A DNA stretch of 64,000 nt from Octopus vulgaris (GCA_951406725.2 OX597815.1:13392001-13456000), one strand, 5' to 3'; counted from the stretch's first letter, positions 14,523-29,296 are shown. Made by a program: numbers and translations. Notes: a model not told the origin generated them from the sequence alone.

Positions 14523-15368
14523 TACAGGGTTTTCCCAAAGTCCCTTACGGGTTTCAATTTTTTAAAAATTTCACTTCCTTAACGTTACAAATAAATGCGT
14601 GACATTTCGGTACAATATGAAGTACTTAATAGAAATGTTGCAACACCCCTATATCACCTATGAAGAATTACATCGCTTTAATGGTAGCCATTTTCGGCTT
14701 CGCACGCCTGAGCTCTTTCCAAAACTTGCACCATAACACTTTGAAGGTTTTCAGACCCCACTTCTCTGATTTTTTTTATTGATGTTCTCCTTCATCTACA
14801 AAAGTATCTCCGGTTTGTAAATCCTCTCTTTCAGGTATTCCCTAAAGAAAAAGCTCAGGACAGTCAAGCCTGGGGAACGTGAAGGCCAGTTGACGTTGCC
14901 GTGGCGGGAGATTATTCACTCTCCAAAGCACTGTCATATCAACTGCATTGTTTCTCTTGCGGTATGAGCAGTTTCCTCATTTTGCTGGAACCAAATGTGA
15001 GGTCTAATTTGAATGGCCGGTCGCAATAGGGTTTCAATCGTGGATACCTGTAAATGAGGTTTTACACCAGCAAACCGGAGATCTAGGTGTAGCTGAAGGG
15101 GCACATCGATAAAGAAAGCAGTGAAAAGGGATCTGAGACTCTTGAGAGTGTTATGGTGCAAGTTATGTAAAGAGGACGGACCTTCGAACCCAAAAATGGC
15201 GGCCATTTAGGCGATGTCATTTTCCATGTGATGTGCAGATGTTGCAAAATGTTCCTTGCGCATATTAATATCTCTTACGTCTATTATCAAAATTCCATCT
15301 ATTTATTTGTAATGCTAAGGAAGTTATTAAAAATTGTAATCCATCATTTACTTTTGGGACACCGTGTA
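14523..15368. mobile_element. Tc1/mariner-derived fold-back relic
   Basis: TA-flanked TIRs TACAGGGTTTTCCCAAAGT and ACTTTTGGGACACCGTGTA; ~300-bp diverged arms; WPSRSPGLTVLSFFFREYLKERIY on the minus strand. Confidence 0.75.
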
Positions 15369-15796
15369 GAAAGTGTGTATTTTAGGGTTTTGTTAAAGAA
15401 GGAAAAAGCAACAAGAAAAAGTTTGAGGGGGAAGCCGAGCTAAATGAGGCGTATCTTTTATATCAAGGAGGACAGACTTGTTGACATTTCGGGAGGGGAG
15501 GAAAATGAATACAAAATATTTTGTATTCCTTTTCTGATTCGCGCTAGAACAACAATTCAAAATCCTTCTCATACCTAAACACTGCTCCGCGCAAACTCTT
15601 CGTTCTTTACCACGATCGACCGATTTACCAGCAGAAAAACAGTCAATGTACTGACTGAATTATAACAAAGCTATAAAATTCTACGTTGGTTAAGCTTTGC
15701 CTCTTGTTGTGTACCGCAACAAATGATAATAAATACTGAGGCAGACTAGACTGTAACACACACACACACATACACACACACACACACACAAACACA

Positions 15797-15866
<70 letters not shown>

Positions 15867-17414
15867 AATTTGTGAGAAACTATTTTTGACAACGCTCCCT
15901 CTGCTTGTTAAAAATAGTAATTACATATACGTTTTCAGTATTCTACAATAATTAATATATATATATTCTCTTTTATCTGCAACCAAGCTTAATGTTACAG
16001 CGATATAGTAATATCGACGCCATCATTTGTAGTTATAAATTAGCCGTAGCAGGTATTCCACAAATCCTTTACAAGAATCACCAGGAATTTCACGACTAAC
16101 ATTACTCTGTATTGTATATACTCGTATGCGCATATTTCTCACTTACACGCTCTCACTTTATCTCTCCATTACTCTTTCTTTCTCTTTCTCCCCCTACTTT
16201 CTCTATCCCCTTCTCTCTCTCTCCCTCTCTCCCTCTCTATCTCTATCTCCCTCCCTCCCTCTCTATCTCTATCTCCCTCCCTCCTTTCTCTCAGTCTCAG
16301 TCTCTGAGGCACAAGTTTGTTTTTCACACACAAGAATATTATCCTGCTCTGGAAGAGAACATTGTTTCTCGTACATGGTTTAATGTAAACGTCATCGAGA
16401 ATTCAGGGTAAGCCATATGAAAGATAGCGACTGGTGAAGATTCAAAAAATCAAAGATGAATACAAGAATTATGGAAAGGTGCCTGTAAATAATGTCTCAA
16501 ACAATATTCCACCACTATATCAGAAAACGTTTTATTGATTTCCCTGTTACCTAATCGATCTTTCCCGTTGTAAAAATGAACAGTTATCATCCATTTTATA
16601 TTCAGAGGTGGATATAATAAAGTACTAATTGATATATTGTTGACTGGTACAAGAGTATGGAATCATTTTCAGGCGAGAGACTAATGCTGCAAACTCAGAA
16701 CGAATCGATTTAAGACTTCTTGGATATTATGTGCAAGATTATTCTTCTAAGTAACGCCATAAGATGCCCGATTATAATTTACGGCGTATTTTATAGACAC
16801 ATGATCTGAAGAACTTTTATGTCAAACTGCACATTTAAAATTACATCAAACAGGTATTCGTTAAATTTTTCTACCAGGTGTACATCTGCATACAGGTTAT
16901 ATTCCAATGACCAAAATTATTCTTGAAAATGTGAATGCTTCCAACTCAATTCCATCATATCAAACAGAGCGCTTATATATAATTGCAGAGAACTCGACGA
17001 ATCTACAAAGACTTATATTTTTAAATATGGATATATTTATAACAGCAAAGGCAAAATAACGATTAACCTGGATGAATGGAATCAGAGAAATTGTTTCTTC
17101 GAAATGAAGTGATCTGGTGACTGACTAACCATATGATAATCACAAACCCAGCAACATGGTTCAATCAAAGATTGTTTGATCGGTAATTTAAATTAATTTG
17201 ATTCTTCTCTCCCATTCTCTCCCATTCTCTCTCTCCCACACATACATTCATACATCAATATATACTTACATATACCTATACATATGCATATATATAATAG
17301 TTTCAATATATATGTATATCTATCTGTGCTTAATATGCATGCATTTAAAAAAAGCAAGATTAACGGAAATGCAAGTATGTTAAAATCTTTGACATGATAG
17401 GGAATTATGAATAT

Positions 17415-17600
17415 CTATTTCTTTACTACCCACAAGGGGCTAAGCACAGAGAGGACAAACAAGGACAGACAAACGGATTAAGTCGATAATATAGTCCCCA
17501 GTGCGAAAGGATGAAAGGCAAAGTCGGCCTCGGTGGAATTTGAACTCAGAACGTAATGGCAAACGAAATACCGCTAAATATTTCACCCGGCGTGCTAATA
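17415..17600 (-). mobile_element. SINE family 3
   Basis: Homology with an internal deletion. Confidence 0.78.
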
Positions 17601-20600
17601 CCTTTTGCACGTAGCATTACATATCTAATGAGAAAGGATCTAGATCTATGCATGACCCCTTATATGTTGACAGCACCTTTTCTATTAATGTCTCCGATAG
17701 GATAAAATTCGAAGTTAGACTTGGTGTGTTTTGAAATATCAACTTAAAATCTCATAACATGTTTGGCAAAAGTTTTGGCGTCTGGCTCACCAATATCGCA
17801 TGTTACAATGTTGGCAGCTAGTAAGATATGATTACCGGTGGAGTTGCTGATTGCAAATTTATTGCTTGGGCTACGTGAAGATGTAAGTGACAGCCTCTGG
17901 GAATGCTTAACAAAAGTTTTTATCACTGCACATAGATTTTTCAACTGTCTTGGTGTTTTACAAACAATAATAATAATAACATAGTGGAGGGGAAATACTG
18001 CTTGGAGTTTACAACAAGCATACTGATACAACAATTTGTGGCTAGCCCGTTACCAAACATGATTGTGCAATACTCACGTCAATTAAGACCCCCGTAGCCT
18101 ATCAGCCATCTGTCTTGGTCATCTGGCTGGCACGAGAATGGCGACACAACGCGAAGCTGCCCAAACATCCTCCTGCAATTGCCACCAATGACAGCCAATT
18201 TATAGGGCACAAGGAGAATATTCTACAAGTTTGAATCACATGATAACTTGAAGCTTGTTGGTTGCATTATAGACTGATCACTTGAAAATTCTTTGATTTC
18301 ATCATGATGAATAACCCAACAGCTTTAGATAAGTTCCTTGCTTTTCAAGCAAATGTTAAATAGGATGGCCTATGTGATAGAATGTAGTGTTCCCCATCTG
18401 CATAATAACCGGTTACATAGATGATCGGTTTCGATCCCCACTACAAGCACATTGACTAATTATGTGAAAACTTTATACGGATTAAAGTTGCTTTTATCAT
18501 GAGACAACCCAAACATATATGCCAAGAAAAGCTACATGGTAAACGAACGCTAGAAACCAGCCACAACACACAACACAGGCCATGTACTAAGGAATATTTT
18601 GATAGCATATACACAAAGCCTTTAACCTAAATAAAAAATAAAGAATCCCGACATTGGCAGAGAAGCTATACAGAACAATTTAAAGAACCATCCTTTACCA
18701 CACGTTCACAAAAGCAGCATAGCAAATGGGGGTTTGAACCTAAATTGATACAAGGCACTATTTTCTAGTCTCTCCCTTATTTGAAGAATGCCATTTCAAC
18801 TCGAAGTAGCAGAATTTTATTTACGTTAATGCTAATTATTAAAGATTCTTCTCATATATATTCGTTCCCTTTTCCATTGCTTTAGGTTTCTGTCAGATAA
18901 ATATATGCGTACACACTTATATGTATGCATACATACATTCATACATACAGATATACATGTAAATATATGTGTGTGTATCTCTGTATATGTACATTCATAC
19001 AATACAAAACAGACATGAACTTGCATATAAACTTATATATGTAAATGTCTGTGTGTGAATATGTAGCTGTGTGATATGTGTGATTGTTGTAAGTAAAAAC
19101 ATTTTTCGGATATTTAAATCCTCACTGATCAATCAATCTCTCTGTAATTATGCTCAGGCGCAAGATCACATACATATGTAATTTTTGTATATATATAATA
19201 TACAAGCCAGGTTTTCATAATGTGTCATAGATCACGATATTTTTATCAGCTTGACTGGAAGCTGTTTCAATTGATATCACTGCATACTTAGTGGGAACTT
19301 GTTATATGCTCACTGACTATATTAGATTCTTTACATTTTCTTGTATATTTGCCCTCCATCAAGTCAGTTTCTGATATACCTGCTCAGAATACTTTTATCT
19401 AAAACTTTATTCACTTAATCGAATTCTACTTTTCCGTTAGGTCTTCATCCTTAGAGATTCAGATGCATATGATTAAATTTAAATAAGGTTAAACTGGATT
19501 TGACGCCATCTTCTAATACAATTATCCATGTAAAATTCCTGTACTGATATAAAACTGAAATAATGCCTTAATGCTTTTCTCTCACTGAGTGAATGTATAA
19601 TTCTGTGCTGTGAAAATGATGTAATATCCATTTACCGAGTGCTGCATATTGACAATCCTTAACACTACTCCCGTTTTTACTGTCTCCTTTTTTTAATCAT
19701 TTCCTTATAATTATAATGTAAATAAATTGGAATTTACTTTTTAAGAAACTCGTAAGGAAGTTATGCACGTTAACGTAGTGTGTTCGAATTATTCAAATTG
19801 TTATGGTTTAGTGCGTGTACAAATTCATGACGATTGTATAGCCTCTCCACTTTGCATAAAAGTATAAAACCTTGTTCCTTAAAGATATATCAATTTCCAG
19901 CCGTATATTTTACAGTTTCACATTACAGAAACTTACTGAGTTTACCTAGAAATACAGGCTCTACCACAGAAGCGATTTCGCTATGTAAAATATCTGTGTA
20001 AAAATTTTACACCTCCTTCATGTCTACATTGTGCTAAAAAACTGAGAAAATACTATTGGTCGTCGCAATTTAAAATTAAAGTTTTACTAGATATAACAGT
20101 TGATGCCATATCCCTTACTATTTTCTGAAATATAGAACAAAGTGTTATACTGACTGGTGATACATTTGCATATTTAATTAAAATGTAATAAACAGTATTT
20201 TGAATACTTTTTAGATACCGCAAAATAGATCATAAAACGGTAAACTGTTTCATGTAAATGCAAAGACCGGAGTAAAAGGGTCTGTTTTCTATTAAGATGA
20301 GATAACAATGGAATTTGTTATGAGAGGGTGATTCCGAAAATATAGTCGGGACAGTTATATTATATATGAATATCAATCATTTCTGAAAGTTATGCAGTGA
20401 TATAATTTATTAAGAATATCATTCCACTGTAACAATGTAAATAACTGCTACACTTCGGCTGCAGAGCGGAGGAAAGATTGCAAATATATTGATTTTATTA
20501 CATTCTACAATTTTGGCTGACATCTATTTGTTACTCTAAAGTTTCTCGCTCAGTATTCCAATTCATCATAGCATTTAACAGCTTCTATAAAAGAATAATG

Positions 20601-20682
20601 TTCACCACTGCAGCCCTTATATTTTGTTCGTTTTCATTTTCTAGTTGCAAATATGTTATGATTGATACCGTAAGAAATTATT

Positions 20683-21320
20683 TACGAACGTCGGTTGAAA
20701 AGTTCATAGATTGACGACGATACTCTCATAGAATGGGCACAACTGAGGTTTATTTTTCAAATTGGTCTCTGTTGCAGTCCACACACATCTTCCATTCATT
20801 GTTGCCGTGCATGGATCCCATTGGTGACGCTTTAGTAGCCTTCATCAAAAGTTCATTAACAGCCGATATGACCTCATCATCACTGCGGTACTGTGTTGCC
20901 AGCAAAGTATTTTTCTTTAATGTTGAGAAAAAGATGATAATCAGATGGGAACAATTTAGAAGAATAGAGCAAATCCGCAGCAGCCAATAAAACCAACGGC
21001 TTGTATGCTTGACCTAATGAAACAAGAAGCCTTTTGTCAGTCTTCTTGCGCGTTTGCTGTTGATAACCAATAGTAGCTACCTGAGCATATTGGACATAGT
21101 ACTCTCCATTGAAGGTCTGGCGCTTTTGAAGAGAGACAAGAAATAAACTGACTTTTGCATGCCTCAAAACATGAGGCCATCACATTATCTGCAGATGAGA
21201 AAACGCTATTGCCTTAGAGTGCACTTGATATTTTCTGGTCTTTGTTGCTGAAAGAATGTAATCAGTTTGAATTGTATGCATTTACCAATCTGGTTAATGT
21301 ATGCCTTGAACTGACTCGAT
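20683..21320 (-). mobile_element. mariner transposase C-terminal relic
   Basis: QTFNGEYY and YSSKLFPSDYHLF (a decayed YSPDLAPSDYHLF); TIR-like TACGAACGTCGGTTGAAAAGTTC. Confidence 0.75.
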
Positions 21321-21503
21321 GTACTTGCAACAATTTCTGTACATCGAGAAATTCACTGCCTGACACAATAGAGCGGATGCCTTTCGTACAGGTCCGAATA
21401 TACGACAAGCAATTTTGAACTGGGGACATGTCAGTATTTACACATATAAATGCTTAGCGCTATCAGGTCCGTATGTATATGTATGTGTCAGTGTGTTTGA
21501 GTC

Positions 21504-21536
<33 letters not shown>

Positions 21537-22235
21537 TAAGTAATAAGGATAGAAATTGATATTAATCAATTCAAACAAGTGGTTTAGCATATTTTTTTTT
21601 TAAATCCGAAGATTAATGGCGATTTGACGTCAATGTGTAGCATATAGGGTGTCCACTTTAGTGGTCATTCCTCTAAATTTTTTATGTAACACAATTTTTA
21701 ATCTTATATTTTAAATTTTATATGCTAGACCAATGGTGTGAAATCGATGTTAATTAAATTAATATCTAATTTCTCACCCTCATTTTAAATTTAAATTTAA
21801 ATTAATACGTTCTCTAACCGACAAAGTAGTTTCTGCAGCATCAGCTTTTCCGGTAATTTAGCGCGCCATAATGAGGACATTTGAAATAGTAACCACGAGT
21901 GCAATGTGTAGAACTGTTTACAATTCTGACTTTGTGCGGACGTCCGAGTATGCAGTCCTGCAAATTATATTCATCTGGACGGTCGCACCGATGATCTACG
22001 GATGATAAACTTACGTAATATGGTAATAGTGAAACATGTATGCGAATAATCCATATTTTTATTGCTTTTTTCTTTTGTCTTGCACGGTTTCGTTTAGGTT
22101 GTCTTGCTAATTTTTTTCTTGAGAACATTTCTTAGTGGTAAGACTTTAGCGGATTTATTTCTAGCAGAAGGGTGTCAACATAGTGGTTTCCCTCTAATAT
22201 GTATATATATCTATATCTATCTATCTATCTATCTA

Positions 22236-22283
<48 letters not shown>

Positions 22284-22366
22284 CAAATATATGTTCATGT
22301 ATACATGTGTACACAAATAAATGTATATACATTTATATGTGCGTATATTTGTATATACGTGCATAT

Positions 22367-22454
<88 letters not shown>

Positions 22455-22458
<4 letters not shown>

Positions 22459-22962
22459 CAAGATATCGAAAAGGAGACCTCACGGAGAGTAAGGGACAGA
22501 GGGAAGGCGTTTAATAGCACAGTTCTACCTGCAATGTTGTATGATAGTGAAACATGGGCTACAACAAAGAGAGAAGAACAGATTGGTAACGGCTCAAAGA
22601 GCCATGGAGAGGTCAATGCTTGTAATCTTGTTGAGCGAGCACATCAGTAGCGAAGTTATCAAACAGAAGTCCGGCGTGAGGGATGTCATCGTAGAATATA
22701 CACGCAGCAAATTTAGACGGGCTGGACATGTCGCCCGGCTCACCAATAATCCGTGGACCGGCGCAGTCGTCGAGTGGTACCCGCACGAGCGAACACGAAC
22801 ACTCGGAAGGCCTCCACGACGGCGGAGTTACGATTTCAGGAGGACGATTGCGATCACGTAGATGAGAAATGCGCGATCCAGAGAGGAGTGGAGAGCGTGC
22901 TGTGACCAGCGGTGTCACATGGACGCCCGACGGACTGGTCGGTCAAGGTGATCAAGGTGATA
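22455..22962 (+). mobile_element. RTE-clade LINE 3' fragment
   Basis: [43 protein letters not shown]; ends in tandem TCAAGGTGA. Confidence 0.85.
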
Positions 22963-22977
22963 TGCTTTCTTTTTCTC

Positions 22978-23342
22978 CTTTTACTTGATTCAGTAATTTG
23001 ACTGCGGCCATGCTGGGGCGCCGCCATTAGTCGAGCAAATCGACCCCAGGACTTATTCTCTGTAAGCCTAGTACTTATTATATCGGTTTCTTTTGCCGAA
23101 CCGCTAAGTTACGGCGACGTAAACACATCGGTTGTCAAGCGATGTTGCGGGGACAAACATATACATACACATACATATATATACACATATATACGACGGG
23201 CGTCTTTCAGTTTCCGTCTACAAAATCCACTCACAAGGCTTTGGTTGTTCCGAGGCTCTAGTAGAAGACACTTGCCCAAGGTGCCACGCAGAACCATGTA
23301 GTTCGTAAGCAATCTACATACCACACAGCCACTCCTGCGCCT
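22978..23342 (-). mobile_element. SINE family 1
   Basis: Reverse-complement homology. Confidence 0.85.
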
Positions 23343-23403
23343 ATATATATATATATATATTTACATGCACATTGATACATATATCCACACACACACACAC
23401 ATA

Positions 23404-23443
<40 letters not shown>

Positions 23444-23546
23444 CATACCGAAACTAAATGGAAAATAATTAAAATTTACATTTTCAGTGGTCTAACGTGT
23501 AAAAAATTAGTCAAAATGACTGTATATTAGTCATACGGTATAGTGT

Positions 23547-23735
23547 ATATTTAAACACATAAGGAATCCACTTAAAGGGAAATCAACACGCTAGAATGAA
23601 CAGGTAGGTTCTATAACCACAAAAATTAGGGATAAAATTCAATTCGTTCCTGTCGAATTTTAATCCCTAATTTTCTAGCTGTTCTTTCTAGCGTGTTGAA
23701 TTCCTATATGTTGATTCCTCGTGTGTTTAAATATG
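23547..23735. repeat. Imperfect fold-back next to (TA)n
   Basis: TTTAAACACA..GGAATC..TCAACACGCTAGAA..AAAATTAGGGAT mirrored by ATCCCTAATTTT..TTCTAGCGTGTTGA..GATTCC..TGTGTTTAAA. Confidence 0.65.
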
Positions 23736-23766
<31 letters not shown>

Positions 23767-24698
23767 CACACATACTTACTTCACATTTCAGTGGAATCTC
23801 TTGTTTTTACTATTTCTATGTAGTCGTTACATACTTGACCAGTTCTTTCTGTTAGTATTCAGCAGAGAGACATGAGAGTAATACAGAACATTTTCAATCA
23901 TTAGCTTCTTGTTTTCACTGATATTTCGATTCACCCTCGAGGTGTTGAGTATTTAGAGTGATGAATAAAGATAACCACTCTAATTGTTTTTACGTCTCAG
24001 ACGGTTTGTCCGACATTTTCTTACTGAAACATTGTCTTGGTCACATACTTCACTTCGAAAATTATATTATGAACAAAATACAAAAATTGAAACAGCATGA
24101 ATAGAAGTTGAACATATGAATAATTAATATATTTTTCGATGTAAAAACTCAGTTCCTTTTGTCATTGTCCAGCATTACCAATTATCAGAACGCTGTATAT
24201 CGTTAGTTCTGAATATTATGTAAATGTGTATGCCGCCGTAAACATGTTATGGTGTGCTTCAATTTACTGGAGTAAATATTCATAGCATAGTTACTACAAC
24301 AGATGCTGCCTGGATGTTTCATTAACGTAGGTTTCGTCTTCTCTTTCTAAACGACAATTTTTTTTCATATTTACGACGCAAATTTATAATTAGTTTGAAC
24401 TTTAAAAAAATTTGTACCTTACGGCAAAAATTTGCAAAGACCGCTACGATATTGAAGCGATTTCACATGAAGACCCTTCTCCAGATGTTCCCAAACCACT
24501 TTACTGAAGAGAAATTGCTACTTTGCGTGAGCTTTGTACAAATATTAACATTTAGTAGTAATCACAACTAAATTAATGCAAATCGTGCATCTAAAAGAAA
24601 TCATTCTCTTGTTCTCTTCCATATTCTTTTATAAACAAAACTGTTCTTGAACAAAGACTCAGACGACAACTCTGTCGTGGGTATAAATAGCACATTCG

Positions 24699-24912
24699 AA
24701 GGCGGCAAGATGGCAGAAACGTTAGCACGCTGGGCGAAATGCTTAGCTATATTTCGTCTGTCTTTACGTTCTGAGTTCAAATTCCGCCGGGTTCGACTTT
24801 GCCTTTCATCATTTAGAGGTCGATGAATTAAATACCAGTTGTGTACTGGAGTCGATCTAATTGACTGGCCCGCTCCCCCAAAATTTCGGGCCTTGTGCCT
24901 TGAGTAGAAATT
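24699..24912 (+). mobile_element. SINE family 3 (alternative 3' tail)
   Basis: Same head and core, different tail. Confidence 0.8.
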
Positions 24913-24934
24913 ATAAATAGCACACTCAAGAAGA

Positions 24935-24996
<62 letters not shown>

Positions 24997-24999
<3 letters not shown>

Positions 25000-25191
25000 A
25001 ATCCACACATGAAAACACAACAACGCGAGGACCTGGAACAAGTATAGTATTATTGAACGCTAAGGAAGGAAGGAAAGAAGGAGGGTTTAACGTTTCAAGA
25101 GGAGCTCTTCGTCAGAAACATAGGAAAAAGAAAGATCCAAAGAAGGGAAGAGGAGGAAAAAATCACCAACGGTACACACGCGGTCACATTT
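24997..25191 (-). mobile_element. Family A element (HHR at 25085-25119)
   Basis: Same sequence family; lies between (TA)n and (TG)n; stem II partly decayed. Confidence 0.8.
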
Positions 25192-25232
<41 letters not shown>

Positions 25233-25999
25233 TGTGTGTGTGTGTGAGACTGTGTATTTGTGTGTGAGACTGTGTATTTGTGTGTGTGTGCGTGTGTGCG
25301 CGTGTGTGTGTTTGTTTGTTCTTAGCATTGATGAACCAGTATACTTTCAAGTTAACAGTTCTGGTACAGAGATTGTTACAAAATATCATAAGTTACTGAA
25401 AACGATGAATCGAGGAGGGAAGGAGCTAGGCAATAAGAGGTTGTGAGTATGCAATAGATGCTCATGCCTTGAACAAATTAGATTTACCGGACAAGAACAT
25501 TATAACAATTTACAAGAGCAACTGATAGAACGGATAAATCTACAGTTAGAGTGATCTGGAAAATTGTTAACATAATAGATGATGTGTTTAATATTGCCGA
25601 GTCATTAGATGGAGCGAAGGCCTCAATTGTTAATGTTGCAACGAATAATGTGTGAAGAAGCTGTATGTGTGACTTTATAAGCTTTACCACAAGCTGAAAT
25701 TCTCCATCAAAATATTCGAAATATTTTGTGAGATTTACTAAAGATACAAGTATAAAGAAGTATTATAGAATGACGTGTGTGAGTAGCAGAAAGTTACCCT
25801 GTTAGGATAATATGATTCAAGGCAGAACGTTTACCTCATGAATAACTGACGTTTTAAGAACAAGAGGAAGCTGAAGCTGTATGTGATGAGACAAAAATTC
25901 GATAAACTCCACTATGTTGCTCTAGGTTTGACACATATGGAAGTTCTACAATTGTTTGCTGGTAAGAAGTTTAATCGCGAAAGAAAAGCAAATAGTACA

Positions 26000-26164
26000 G
26001 GCATAGCAGCGGCTGTGTGGTAAATAGCTTGCTTACGAACCAAATGGTTCCAGGTTCAGTCTCACTGCGTGGCACCTTGGGTATGTGTCTTCTACTATAG
26101 CCTCGGGCCGACCAAAGCCTTTTGAGTGGATTTGGCAAACGGAAACTCAAAGAAGCCCGCCGTA

Positions 26165-26215
<51 letters not shown>

Positions 26216-26428
26216 ATGTTTGTGAGTCTGTGTTTGTCTCACCAACATCGGTTGTCAAGCGATGTTGGTGTGTTTACGTCCCCGTAACATAACGGTTCGG
26301 CAAAACAGACCCATAGAATAAGTAGTAGGCTTGCAATGAATGGGCCTTCGGGACAATTTGATCGACTAAAGGTGGTGCTCCAGCAGGGCCGCAATCAAAT
26401 AACTGAAACAAAGAAAGATAAAAGGTAA
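26000..26428 (+). mobile_element. SINE family 1
   Basis: Homology to 5964-6353. Confidence 0.85.
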
Positions 26429-26575
26429 AATATTGCAAGTAAATGGAGAACACATTGAGATTAGATTCTACAGTGAGCTCTACAACAAGATGGCGAGACA
26501 TAATCACCCAACAGTTTTTGATAAGTTTTCTGCCTTTCGAGCAAATGTTAAGTAGGATGGCCTATGTGATAGATA

Positions 26576-26900
26576 GTGAGGGCGCGTGGCTTAGTGGTTA
26601 GGGCATTCGGCTCATGATCGTAAGGTTGTGAGTTCGATTCCCGGCGACGCGTTGTGTCCTTGAGCAAGACACTTTATTTCACGTTGCTCCAGTCCACTCA
26701 GCTGGCAAAAATGAGTTGTACTTGTATTTCAAAGGGTCAGCCTTGTCACTCTCTGTGTCACGCTGATTATCCCCGAGAACTACGTTAAGGGTACACGTGT
26801 CTGTGGAATGCTCAGCCATTTGCACGTTAATTTCACGAGCAGGCTGTTCCGTTGATTGTATCAGCTGGGACCCTCGTCGTCGTAACCAGCGGAGTCTTTT
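26576..26900 (+). mobile_element. SINE family 2 variant with an 11-bp TSD
   Basis: Different head, shared 3' half; ATGTGATAGAT at 26564-26574 and 26902-26912. Confidence 0.85.
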
Positions 26901-26960
26901 AATGTGATAGATGGTAGTGTTCCTCATCTGCATAATAACTCTCATTCCCCCACCACCAGA

Positions 26961-27070
26961 GGGGAAGATTGAGAGAGAGACCAACAGGGAGAAAGAAAGA
27001 GGAAGCCTGAGAGAGACCAACAGGAAGAAAGAGAGGGGAAGATTGAGAGAGACCAACAGGGAGAATGAGA
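26961..27070. repeat. Purine-rich ~36-bp tandem repeat, three copies
   Basis: GAGAGAGACCAACAGG occurs three times. Confidence 0.8.
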
Positions 27071-27720
27071 GACGGAGGGACCCAATATTTGGCAATAGCG
27101 AAAATATTCGTGGCGTTATTGATTTACAATGAGCCGGATTACATAAGCGCTTTATGCGAATGTGTCCATGGCATGGTGCGGGAATGAATAATTTTGAATT
27201 ATCAATAATTAGCAATAATCTTGAGAAACGTTTACATAGTATGTATGGTGGATGTGTGCATGGAAACAGGGTACGAATGGTGGAATATTCACCGAGTAGA
27301 GAATTCTAAATAAATTATATTGATGAAGAAATGCTGCAAGGCATTTAGAACAAAGTTCTTGGAGAGCCATTAGGCCATATATAGATTCTGCAGAGCTCAC
27401 GACAACAATGTTTTACACTCATATGTGTAATATACAGTTCAAAGAATTGATATGGAACGAAAAAGAAGAAAATAGAAAATTGTGTGTCTAGTGTGAAAAA
27501 TGGGATTTATTAAATATAAGGTTCATTAAGAAGGTCAATTCGTGAGTAAGTTGGATCTTAAGGGATTTCACTGCACATGATCGTTCTATTGATGGTAGGC
27601 TCATAAGTAAGTGAAAAGGAATATATATATGTGATTTTATGTGTGTGTGTGAGTGCATTTGTGCGTGTGTACATACACACACCCATGCACACACAACCAA
27701 ACATATATATACATACGCAC

Positions 27721-27759
<39 letters not shown>

Positions 27760-27762
<3 letters not shown>

Positions 27763-27925
27763 TCTTTTACTCTTTTACTTGTTTCAGTCATTTGGAGCAC
27801 CGCCTTTAATCGAGCAACTCGACCCCGGGACTTATTCTTTTGTAAGCCCAGTACTTATTCTATCGGTGTCTTTTGCCGAACCGCTAAGTGACGGGGACAT
27901 AAACACAGACACACAAACACACACA

Positions 27926-27983
<58 letters not shown>

Positions 27984-28149
27984 TACGACGGGCTTCTTTC
28001 AGTTTCCGTCTACCAAATCCACTCACAAGGCTTTGGTCGGCCCCAGGCTATAGAAGAAGACACTTACCCAAGGTGCCACGCAGAGGGACTGAACCCGGAA
28101 CCATGTGGTTGGTAGACAAGCTACTTACCACACAGCTACTCCTGCGCCT
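27760..28149 (-). mobile_element. SINE family 1
   Basis: Reverse-complement homology. Confidence 0.85.
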
Positions 28150-28908
28150 ATACAAATATACATTTATAAAGACATATATACATATATTCACATGCATACA
28201 CATATATAAAACCATGTCTATAATATCATTATATAAAGTGATTAAAATTTCACGATGTATACTTCCTGTGCGATTCATGAGTAAATGCTACACTTTCTTA
28301 TAATCGCTAGTATTTATTCATTAGGCATATGTACTTATTATCACTTGTGGTTATAAATTTATTACATATATTCTCATTAGGCGAAATTCATTTAAATTCT
28401 GTTTGTCTTAATGATAATTGCTAATACCCAAGCGAGTCTGTATTATACATACTGACAAGAAGTTTAGAGATATTCTCAACGGAAGAAAGCTAAATAAAAA
28501 AAAAATTAAATAATAACACACAAAAAAATGAAACATCCAGACTGTAAATTATGCATTGTTTGAGGTGCAAAAGCAATACAAAAATATTCTCTATTAATAA
28601 GCACATTATTGCAAATGTGCAAATGAAGTGAACTGCTACACACCGGAGCCGTTTATAGTTATGTAATATTTCCTGTCAGCGAATTGATTTTTGTTTCTTC
28701 TCTTTCTATGATGTCTGACAATTATGAGTACAGCCTAAAATTTTTTTTTTAAAAACGCACTTGCTCTGCGTAATACTAATTAGATGAGATTTTTTTCTGT
28801 TCTGTCAAGTGGACAGCATCCGCGCATGTTGATTTTGGTGTTTATGACAGCGGAAATTGTTAAAATTATAACCCAGAATTGTTTCATTCTCTGACTATAC
28901 GCAACAAC

Positions 28909-29296
28909 GGTGGAGGCGCAATGGCCCAGTGGTTAGGGCAGCGGACTCGCGGTCATAGGATCGCCGTTTCGATTCCCAGACCGGGCGTTGTGAGTGCTTA
29001 TTGAGCGAAAATACCTAAAGCTCCACGAGGCTCCGGCAGGAGGATGGTGGTGATCCCTGCTGTACTCTTTCACCACAACTTTCTCTCACTCTTACTTCCT
29101 GTTTCTGTTGTACCTGTATTTCAAGGGGCCGGCCTTGTCACTCTCTGTGTCACGCTGAATATCCCCGAGAACTACGTTAAGGGTGTACGTGTCTGTGGAG
29201 TGCTCAGCCACTTATACGTTAATTTCTCGAGCAGGCTGTTCCGTTGATTCGGATCAACCGGAACCCTCATCGTCGTAACCGACGGAGTGCTTCCAT
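28909..29296 (+). mobile_element. SINE family 2
   Basis: Homology to 7857-8243. Confidence 0.85.

Noticed and set aside
25320-25960. Possible decayed reverse transcriptase
   Set aside because: Motif resemblance is too weak without a profile search.
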